Translations under genes and position numbers: made by a program
IMG/VR virus record: IMGVR_UViG_3300021371_000024
Coordinates: 1 to 50,874 of that record
DNA length: 50,874 nt
Direction: 5' to 3' (one strand)
From: a virus
Taxonomy: Duplodnaviria; Caudoviricetes
Shown here: in pieces, positions 1 to 5,909 of the stretch
Layout of the letters: each line of letters starts with the position of its first letter
Position numbering within the stretch: the stretch's first letter is position 1
Notes under the pieces: generated by a model
Databases searched by the model: none
What the model was told of the DNA's origin: nothing
The model's input: only the letters and a program-made list of their open reading frames with translations

Positions 1-68
1 CACCCCATCCCCTCTGGGGCAATCCGCATGATCCTACAAGCCACGTGCTGCTCTGCCAATGGTTCAAG

Positions 69-90
69 TTAAGTCCGACGTTGGACCTAT
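69..90. repeat. 22-bp palindromic repeat, copy 1 (variant TTAAGTCCGACGTTGGACCTAT)
   Basis: One core mismatch to consensus TTAAGTCCAACGTTGGACCTAA; non-coding. Confidence 0.85.
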
Positions 91-270
91 AACATCTTTG
101 ATGTTGCTAAAATGTCACAGTTAGAGTGGTGAAGCTGCAAGTTGAGGTCGCAAGTTTAGCGCATGAGTTTCAGAAAAATATTATCGAAGAGAATATTATT
201 TCTTGCAACAGCGTGTGAAACGGCAGGCGCAGAGGATCGCAAGGCAACTTTCCAACCTCCAAAACTTATA

Positions 271-354
271 CTATCTTCTTACATTTTTAATGATAGAACT
301 ATATCTCACTTCTTGTGAGAGATATAGATTCTCTCATATAAAAATAGAAGATAG
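271..354 (+). promoter_or_regulatory. long imperfect stem-loop upstream of first gene (candidate RNA processing site)
   Basis: CTATCTTCT(271-279)/AGAAGATAG(346-354) and CTATATCTC(299-307)/GAGATATAG(319-327) are exact reverse complements; ends just before RBS AAAGGAAG. Confidence 0.6.
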
Positions 355-370
355 ATAAAGGAAGCTCAAA

Positions 371-958
371 ATGGCAAATCTCGAAATTCAAAACATCTCA
401 ACTCTCGAAGATCAAGGCAAGGTTCTTTCAGAACAGTGGGCTAAAATCGAAGCTGCTGATAAGAAAAGATTCACTCTTTCAACCAAAGCTGAAGGCTTTG
501 ATACACAGCTTGGAAAGCTGATGGTCGAGCTTAAAGCTGAATCTGGTGGTGAAAGAATTTCACGTCAGAGAATTCGTGAATGTCATCTTCATTTGATCGA
601 CAAACGGCGTAGAAGCGAAGCTCTATGGTTTGTTGAGAATGAAGTAGAATGCAGAGCATTCATTGAAACCTCAAAGAAAGGTTTTACTTCACTGTCTGCT
701 TTGCAGAGAGCAATGAAACAGAAAGCTGCTACCTCTAAAGAGGTAACTGAGACAGCCAGCGAAGCTGCACCAACCAGCGAAGCTGAGACAGTCAGCGAAG
801 CTGTTGTTAAGTCCAACGTTGGACCAGTTACCAAGCAGGTTGTCTTCGACAAGCTTATCAAGGTTTGCTTGGCAAATGACATTGATCCCTTGGATCTGGC
901 TGAAATGCTCATGGAATATGACAGCGTATCAGCAGCAGAAGAAAAGGCTGCAGCATGA
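371..958 (+). CDS. hypothetical early protein
   Basis: 195-aa ORF, RBS AAAGGAAG; low-complexity SEA-repeat linker before a small C-terminal helical domain; contains palindrome copy 2. Confidence 0.8.
   Translation: MANLEIQNISTLEDQGKVLSEQWAKIEAADKKRFTLSTKAEGFDTQLGKLMVELKAESGGERISRQRIRECHLHLIDKRRRSEALWFVENEVECRAFIETSKKGFTSLSALQRAMKQKAATSKEVTETASEAAPTSEAETVSEAVVKSNVGPVTKQVVFDKLIKVCLANDIDPLDLAEMLMEYDSVSAAEEKAAA
807..828. repeat. 22-bp palindromic repeat, copy 2 (intragenic)
   Basis: TTAAGTCCAACGTTGGACCAGT; core GTCCAACGTTGGAC at 811-824. Confidence 0.9.
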
Positions 959-1176
959 GATACAAGCAACACACATTCACCAAGGCAGAGGTGCGCTCAC
1001 AGCGTGCCAATGCCCTTCGTGCGCGTCTGGATGAGGCGAGACAGCTTAAGTCCAACGTTGGACCTAAACCATTCACAAGTGTGGATGACCTGATGGAATC
1101 GTCTAAGCCTAAAGGCGCACTCGTGCCAATGATGGGCAAGATGGTGATTGATAGCGGTTGGAAAGATCCAGCTTGA
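955..1176 (+). CDS. hypothetical basic early protein
   Basis: 73 aa, ATGA overlap with upstream stop; contains palindrome copy 3. Confidence 0.7.
   Translation: MRYKQHTFTKAEVRSQRANALRARLDEARQLKSNVGPKPFTSVDDLMESSKPKGALVPMMGKMVIDSGWKDPA
1046..1067. repeat. 22-bp palindromic repeat, copy 3 (intragenic)
   Basis: TTAAGTCCAACGTTGGACCTAA exact. Confidence 0.9.
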
Positions 1177-1200
1177 CAAACTCTATGTATAGTATAAGTT
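1173..1200 (+). promoter_or_regulatory. putative sigma70 promoter
   Basis: TTGACA at 1173, 16-bp spacer, TAAGTT; overlaps hairpin element A1. Confidence 0.4.
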
Positions 1201-1249
1201 ATTTATACTTGATATTTATTGAAAGTATAAATAACGTATACATATACTA
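1184..1249 (+). repeat. duplicated AT-rich hairpin element, copy A1
   Basis: GTTATTTATACTT(1198-1210)/AAGTATAAATAAC(1223-1235) perfect 13-bp stem; outer TATGTATA/TATACATA; near-identical to 2018-2084. Confidence 0.85.
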
Positions 1250-1262
1250 GAAAGGAAGTAAA

Positions 1263-1394
1263 ATGAATACGATTAAAGTTATCACAGATCAGTATGGTTT
1301 CTGGCATGTTTACCGTACTTGTAAAGTCACAGGTCAGCGCTCTATCTCCTTCTTTAAGAATGTGGATGAAGCTAAAGCTGCCCTGCGTAAGTAA
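1263..1394 (+). CDS. small hypothetical protein (43 aa, not in ORF track)
   Basis: RBS AAAGGAAG at 1251; MNTIKVITDQYGFWHVYRTCKVTGQRSISFFKNVDEAKAALRK*. Confidence 0.7.
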   Translation: MNTIKVITDQYGFWHVYRTCKVTGQRSISFFKNVDEAKAALRK

Positions 1395-1441
1395 GAAACT
1401 TAAGTCCAACGTTGGACCTAACTAAAGGAAAGTTAAAATGA
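1395..1441 (+). repeat. 47-bp exact direct repeat (palindrome copy 4 + RBS + start codon)
   Basis: GAAACTTAAGTCCAACGTTGGACCTAACTAAAGGAAAGTTAAAATGA, identical to 2096-2142. Confidence 0.9.
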
Positions 1442-1701
1442 TGTATCAAAACTTGTGCCAAACATACTCTGATGTTTACAAAGACTTTCATGGTGTGCGT
1501 CCACCGTCAGGTCATGGCATGTCCTTTATCGAATTGTCAGAGCAAATTGATATGTACCAAAAGTACATAGAAGAAGATCTGGCAGCAGAACGTGCCATTG
1601 AAGATGCAAGCATAAATGCTTGTATGGATCATGGTGCCCCAGATATAGACACCGCCATGCGGTGGCTTGAACAAGCTAACATCCATGCTGAGTGGGTGTA
1701 A
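1438..1701 (+). CDS. hypothetical early phage protein
   Basis: 87 aa with RBS; SDxYKDxxGxRP motif recalled from small phage early proteins. Confidence 0.75.
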   Translation: MMYQNLCQTYSDVYKDFHGVRPPSGHGMSFIELSEQIDMYQKYIEEDLAAERAIEDASINACMDHGAPDIDTAMRWLEQANIHAEWV

Positions 1702-1810
1702 GCAGATATAAGTACACTTGGAAGTTATATACATAACTTTCACTATACATAATCAATGGTGTGGAGATAGGCCGACAGTCTACAACCCAAGTGTACTTTT
1801 ACCTGCTTAC
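1698..1810 (+). ncRNA. candidate structured RNA element (long closing stem with internal hairpins)
   Basis: 1698-1721 pairs with 1787-1810 (22/24); internal AAGTTAT/ATAACTT and TAGGC/GTCTA hairpins. Confidence 0.45.
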
Positions 1811-1831
1811 CAACTAAACGGAGTTTAAAAA

Positions 1832-2026
1832 ATGTTGGAAATTACTCGTAGATCAATCGTTTCTGGTGCTAAAAACACAATGAAACTTGACGTTACTATG
1901 CATGAGTACTTGCTATGGCGAGAGGGTATGCTCATTCAAGAGGCAATGCCTAACTTGTCTGTAGTGGAACGTGAGTTCCTCATTACTGGAATGAGTGAAG
2001 CGGAGCAAGCTGAACTTTATGTATAG
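1832..2026 (+). CDS. conserved hypothetical phage protein
   Basis: 64 aa, RBS GGAG; LIQEAMPNLSxxEREFLITG motif recalled from many phages. Confidence 0.75.
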   Translation: MLEITRRSIVSGAKNTMKLDVTMHEYLLWREGMLIQEAMPNLSVVEREFLITGMSEAEQAELYV

Positions 2027-2084
2027 TATAAGTTATATATACTTGATACTTTAGTGAAAGTATATATAACGTATACATATACTA
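2018..2084 (+). repeat. duplicated AT-rich hairpin element, copy A2
   Basis: GTTATATATACTT(2032-2044)/AAGTATATATAAC(2058-2070); compensatory change relative to A1. Confidence 0.85.
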
Positions 2085-2095
2085 ACTACCAAATC

Positions 2096-2142
2096 GAAAC
2101 TTAAGTCCAACGTTGGACCTAACTAAAGGAAAGTTAAAATGA
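2096..2142 (+). repeat. 47-bp exact direct repeat (palindrome copy 5 + RBS + start codon)
   Basis: Identical to 1395-1441. Confidence 0.9.
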
Positions 2143-2351
2143 ATATCTTAGATAAGATAGACGCCCAGCAACAAGCAGCCCATGAAGCATGGCAAGTGAT
2201 GCAAGATCTGCGTGACATACATCGTGACTTGACACGTATTCACAGCTTTGCTACCCCTATTGCAACTGGCGATTTGTTGTCGCCTTCTATAAAAGAAAGC
2301 ATGAACAATATTGTTGAAGCTTGTGAAACATTAATTGGAGAATTGGTATAA
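2139..2351 (+). CDS. hypothetical early protein
   Basis: 70 aa, RBS AAAGGAAAG. Confidence 0.75.
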   Translation: MNILDKIDAQQQAAHEAWQVMQDLRDIHRDLTRIHSFATPIATGDLLSPSIKESMNNIVEACETLIGELV

Positions 2352-2980
2352 TGTATCAACGTGATGTAAATGAAATTAAAGCCTTCGTAAAATGGCGTGG
2401 TCCTGCTGCGTTAGCAAACACTGGCCTGTTTGTGCTGCTTACAATACAAGCTGGCTTATCCACAGTGCGTGGCAGCATGGTCAAGGTCGAGAACAATGGC
2501 TATGATGCAGACTGCCTATGGGGTAAAAAGTCTGATGGCTACAAGTATCTTGTAGATAATGCTGAGTTTCTCTATGGCAAGCTGTATCACATAGCAGATA
2601 CGAAAGGATATGAAAGCGTAGAGGCGTGTGCTGATGTCATCCAGTTGTTCATGCAAGTACCTAACCTTGGCATGGTCAAAGCTGCCTTCCTAGCTCAATG
2701 CTTAGGCTTCAATGTGGCATGTATCGACAGCCACAATATCAAGCGGTTAGGTATATCACCTAACCTTGTGAAGACGCCACCATCAGGCATGAAACCCGCT
2801 ACAGTACGCAAGAAAGTTGAACAGTATGTCGAACTGACACAGCAAGAGGGCAGTGAATACTGGTGGAATACATGGTGCGAATACGTGGCTGGCAATCGTG
2901 CCAATCGTGCCTTAGATACTGGTGACGTTGTGTCTAGGTATCACGTAGAATGCGTAACATATGGATTTGAGCATGGCTAA
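2351..2980 (+). CDS. HhH-GPD superfamily DNA glycosylase-like protein
   Basis: HhH motif FMQVPNLGMVKAAF followed by ACIDSH (Lys and Asp at the catalytic positions), Ogg-like spacing. Confidence 0.6.
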   Translation: MYQRDVNEIKAFVKWRGPAALANTGLFVLLTIQAGLSTVRGSMVKVENNGYDADCLWGKKSDGYKYLVDNAEFLYGKLYHIADTKGYESVEACADVIQLFMQVPNLGMVKAAFLAQCLGFNVACIDSHNIKRLGISPNLVKTPPSGMKPATVRKKVEQYVELTQQEGSEYWWNTWCEYVAGNRANRALDTGDVVSRYHVECVTYGFEHG

Positions 2981-3143
2981 GAAAACTTCTGTAACATACC
3001 GTAACCCTGTGGCAAAGGCTATGTTACAGGAGCGCAAATCACCACAGGTCGTGCCGCCCAAGAAGGGTGGCAAGGCTAAACGAAACCGCAAACAGGAGAA
3101 GATTGATGCGATACGAAATGCAAAACTTCATCAAGATGACTAA
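2973..3143 (+). CDS. small basic hypothetical protein
   Basis: K/R-rich, RNPVAK motif; start probably 2973 rather than 2961. Confidence 0.65.
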   Translation: MAKKTSVTYRNPVAKAMLQERKSPQVVPPKKGGKAKRNRKQEKIDAIRNAKLHQDD

Positions 3144-3270
3144 GGTTAAGTCCAACGTTGGACCTAATCGAAGGCGGCAAGAGTGGAAGATCGAAAGAAA
3201 GAAAGATCGTTCACGTAAATTAACCCTGCGCAACAGCGCAACCAACTATCGTTCAAACAAAATATCGTAA
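3106..3270 (+). CDS. small basic hypothetical protein
   Basis: RBS AGGAG upstream of ATG 3106; contains palindrome copy 6 (KSNVGP). Confidence 0.6.
   Translation: MRYEMQNFIKMTKVKSNVGPNRRRQEWKIERKKDRSRKLTLRNSATNYRSNKIS
3146..3167. repeat. 22-bp palindromic repeat, copy 6 (intragenic)
   Basis: TTAAGTCCAACGTTGGACCTAA exact. Confidence 0.9.
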
Positions 3271-3282
3271 GGAGATATACAC

Positions 3283-3621
3283 ATGACTAACTCAACAGCA
3301 ACAGCACCCGTAGTAAAAACAGCACACCCAGAATTGTATGCCAACCATACATTTCACATGAGCAAGGCACGTAAGTATACCTACAACTACGCTGTAATTG
3401 ACGAGGTTATCAACGAGCTTTGGGGTGAAATGACTATGGCTGAGATTGCGAAGGTACTCAATGAGTATCCTAACCGCATTGCCTATCGTGTGAAGGTACT
3501 CAAAGACCTTGGTATGATTGAAGGCAAGTACAACATGGAGCGTGGCAAGCTGATGCGTATGCGTAAGATCCTGATCACCTTCTTGGATGATGTGGATGAG
3601 CAGTTGAAAAAGACAGGCTAA
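3283..3621 (+). CDS. winged helix-turn-helix DNA-binding protein
   Basis: MTMAEIAKVLNEYPNRIAYRVKVLKDLGMI fits the wHTH pattern; RBS AAGGAG. Confidence 0.65.
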   Translation: MTNSTATAPVVKTAHPELYANHTFHMSKARKYTYNYAVIDEVINELWGEMTMAEIAKVLNEYPNRIAYRVKVLKDLGMIEGKYNMERGKLMRMRKILITFLDDVDEQLKKTG

Positions 3622-3622
3622 T

Positions 3623-3808
3623 ATGATATACCTATTGTTCACACCCTTCGTAGGTTACTTTGCTATGCTGCTCACAGTTGTTATCATGTACACTGTAGGC
3701 TATGACGTAAAGGGTGTGGACACCTTCACTATCTGGTGTATACACATGCAGATATACGTATACTTATTTGTGATAACAAAACTGAAAGGTAAGTCAGATG
3801 AGAGTTGA
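3623..3808 (+). CDS. small membrane protein
   Basis: 61 aa, two hydrophobic segments. Confidence 0.55.
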   Translation: MIYLLFTPFVGYFAMLLTVVIMYTVGYDVKGVDTFTIWCIHMQIYVYLFVITKLKGKSDES

Positions 3809-3974
3809 ACTTGAACAAGAGCTAACTAACGCTATTCAACAGTATGTTGATATGTTAAGCTTTGAGCAAATGATAGACATCATTAGCGATAATCTGTGGG
3901 ATTATTATAGAGACGGTGCAGATGAAGAAGAAACACGTACTTTCATACAAGAAGTTAAGGATCTGACACAATGA
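3798..3974 (+). CDS. small acidic protein (58 aa, not in ORF track)
   Basis: RBS AAGG; MRVELEQELTNAIQQYVDML...QEVKDLTQ*; 15 D/E vs 4 K/R; ATGA overlap with next gene. Confidence 0.7.
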   Translation: MRVELEQELTNAIQQYVDMLSFEQMIDIISDNLWDYYRDGADEEETRTFIQEVKDLTQ

Positions 3975-4366
3975 GAGTTGAAGTTTATTTCAATCTACAT
4001 AAACACATATGGTCTGTTCGTTCATGCAAGACGGGCAGAGTAATGTTACACACTGACGAAGTACACATAGACAATCCTACGTTTGTAGTACGTAAGGCAG
4101 GGCGTGAGCGTGTATTGCGTGAGGGCAAGAAGAATGTTCATGCGTTTGTACGTGGTGACATAACTGTGTTTAATGACTTTAATCCAGACGGTCTGGACTA
4201 CACAATTGTGTCGTACAATCCATACAAGTTTGACACGTTTGTAGATGTCACAGATACAAGACCTGTTCGTACAGCCAAACGTGCAGTGTTACGAATACAA
4301 CCAAGTGTGGTGGTATATGATACCGTAAACAAACCATACCTATATGCAGAAGGAGCAAAACCATGA
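3971..4366 (+). CDS. conserved hypothetical phage protein
   Basis: VYFNLH...GRERVLREGKKNVHAFVRG...YNPYK motifs recalled from a widespread phage family. Confidence 0.8.
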   Translation: MRVEVYFNLHKHIWSVRSCKTGRVMLHTDEVHIDNPTFVVRKAGRERVLREGKKNVHAFVRGDITVFNDFNPDGLDYTIVSYNPYKFDTFVDVTDTRPVRTAKRAVLRIQPSVVVYDTVNKPYLYAEGAKP

Positions 4367-4635
4367 CTAAATTAAAAACAAAACTAACTCGTGAGGAAGT
4401 ACAACAACTATGTGACTTGTACAACGCAATGGACAGCATCTTAAATGATGCAGGTGAAACGTTTGACGTTAACCTAAGTGATCTGCATTGCTTGCGCGAC
4501 GAGGCATGGAAATTGCGTGGTATGTTTGAATTCAAAAGTCAGAAGCATGACGAAGATCCAAACAGACCTGCACACTGGTTGCCACAGGTATTACCTGACG
4601 ATGATCGTGCTTGGTACTACAATGCCAGCAATTAA
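4363..4635 (+). CDS. hypothetical protein
   Basis: 90 aa, RBS AGGAG, ATGA overlap. Confidence 0.7.
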   Translation: MTKLKTKLTREEVQQLCDLYNAMDSILNDAGETFDVNLSDLHCLRDEAWKLRGMFEFKSQKHDEDPNRPAHWLPQVLPDDDRAWYYNASN

Positions 4636-4864
4636 ATCTTATGAGATTCACCTACAGATTGATGGTGTTGATAGTATCATTGCATTAGATGATACCTATC
4701 CTGCTGTTAATTCTTGGTCGGATGCAGCTAACTTTGCAATCTTGATGGCGCGTCATGCCCATCAGGATGCAACCAACGTAGAGTTTATCGACTGCCAAGA
4801 GTATGAGGCAGAAGAATATAAAGACATAGAATATGTATATGAAACACCAATGAGGTTACAATGA
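4622..4864 (+). CDS. hypothetical acidic protein
   Basis: Probable start MPAIKS at 4622; the track start at 4478 overlaps the previous gene heavily. Confidence 0.65.
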   Translation: MPAIKSYEIHLQIDGVDSIIALDDTYPAVNSWSDAANFAILMARHAHQDATNVEFIDCQEYEAEEYKDIEYVYETPMRLQ

Positions 4865-5253
4865 CAGATGCTAGAATAAAACTGACTAACACGATGCTTG
4901 ATAAGAGCATCATAGATGCCAACAAAACTGTGCAAAGTTTTTTGCTAGAGGACTTTGGCATGGACTATACAGATAAATTTTTCACTGAAGCGTACTTCAA
5001 CGCTGAGAAAGATAAGTGGGAACGTAACAAGTTTACTGTTATGGGTGAATACATTGACGGTGAAGAAGCTAAGATTACATTCTATCGCAGCGGTAAGCGA
5101 GGTGATAGACGCATTAGCATCCAGAAGCTAAGGCAATATGCAGATGCAGGTAATGAAGTACGCCTCATCTCAGATAGTGAAAGCGATGGCGATGGAACAC
5201 GTATCTATATATCAGTCTACACATCAGGAGAAGAATCCAGTGCCAACGGATGA
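4861..5253 (+). CDS. hypothetical protein resembling the N-terminal DNA-binding domain of MvaI/BcnI-family restriction proteins
   Basis: LTxTxLxKSIIDAxxxVxxFL...FYR..KRGDRRI...L..YA pattern; no nuclease domain. Confidence 0.45.
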   Translation: MTDARIKLTNTMLDKSIIDANKTVQSFLLEDFGMDYTDKFFTEAYFNAEKDKWERNKFTVMGEYIDGEEAKITFYRSGKRGDRRISIQKLRQYADAGNEVRLISDSESDGDGTRIYISVYTSGEESSANG

Positions 5254-5308
5254 CCCCTGTGATGATTGGTCAAGCACACCTTTACCTAAACCAAAGGAGA
5301 AAACATGA
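5240..5308 (+). CDS. putative 22-aa micropeptide
   Basis: RBS AGGAG, GTG start, MPTDDPCDDWSSTPLPKPKEKT*, ATGA overlap with next ORF. Confidence 0.4.
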   Translation: MPTDDPCDDWSSTPLPKPKEKT

Positions 5309-5448
5309 GGAGACTAAAGACGTGTGAAAACTGTGGTGATGAAGAAGAAGAACTGCACTACACAGAATGGAATAGCGGCACTGAGTGTGGTGATCTATGT
5401 GAAGTGTGCGTTGAAATGTTTATGAGTATGGAGACAGAAGATGATTGA
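5305..5448 (+). CDS. small acidic zinc-finger protein (47 aa, not in ORF track)
   Basis: RBS AAGGAG; CENC...CEVC. Confidence 0.65.
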   Translation: MRRLKTCENCGDEEEELHYTEWNSGTECGDLCEVCVEMFMSMETEDD

Positions 5449-5827
5449 AGCAGCATTGATGTGCCTTGCACTCAACGTATACTTTGAGGCACGTAGTGAT
5501 ACCATGACGGGGCAGTATGCCGTAGCGCATGTAGTCATCAATCGTGTACAGAGTGACAAGTTCCCAGACGATGTATGCTCTGTGGTCAAGCAGTCACGTA
5601 ATGATGGCACGTGCCAGTTCAGTTGGTACTGCGATGGTAAATCTGACAGGCCACGTGAGCCGTATGCATGGGCCTATGCCCAGATGGTAGCAGCAGACGT
5701 AATGCAGGGTGACGTGACTGACATCACACTAGGTGCAACCCATTACCATGCGAACTATGTACGCCCATATTGGGCTGACAAACTAAAGTACACTGTGACT
5801 TATGGGTCACACCTGTTCTACAAATAG
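5441..5827 (+). CDS. cell wall hydrolase (SleB/Hydrolase_2 family)
   Basis: YFEARS, AVAHVVINRV, CQFSW, GATHYHA motifs. Confidence 0.9.
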   Translation: MIEAALMCLALNVYFEARSDTMTGQYAVAHVVINRVQSDKFPDDVCSVVKQSRNDGTCQFSWYCDGKSDRPREPYAWAYAQMVAADVMQGDVTDITLGATHYHANYVRPYWADKLKYTVTYGSHLFYK

Positions 5828-5898
5828 CTTATCGTTACTAGTATAGGGGTAGTATCCCCTACATAACTATGGCACAGTTGCCGCATACTAAACATAAG
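5828..5898 (+). promoter_or_regulatory. multi-branch stem-loop overlapping RBS of the DUF932 gene
   Basis: CTTAT/ATAAG and TAGTAT/ATACTA closing stems; AGGGG/CCCCT and GGCA/TGCC hairpins. Confidence 0.5.
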
Positions 5899-5909
5899 GA
5901 GAAAATAGT

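Noticed and set aside
1698-1810. tRNA gene
   Set aside because: No TTC T-loop, no canonical arm lengths and no CCA end. No tRNA was recognised anywhere in the window.
1184-2084. Hairpins as integron attC sites with the tyrosine recombinase as IntI
   Set aside because: The arms run GTT...AAC, opposite to the RYYYAAC...GTTRRRY order of attC, and I saw no IntI-specific features.
69-3167. Palindromic repeats as a CRISPR array
   Set aside because: Spacing is irregular (about 240-1050 bp), the intervals contain genes, and no cas operon is present. The Cas4-like nuclease sits in the replication module.
807-3167. KSNVGP as a functional shared peptide motif
   Set aside because: The same DNA occurs in non-coding positions with no synonymous variation, so the peptide is a by-product of the DNA site.
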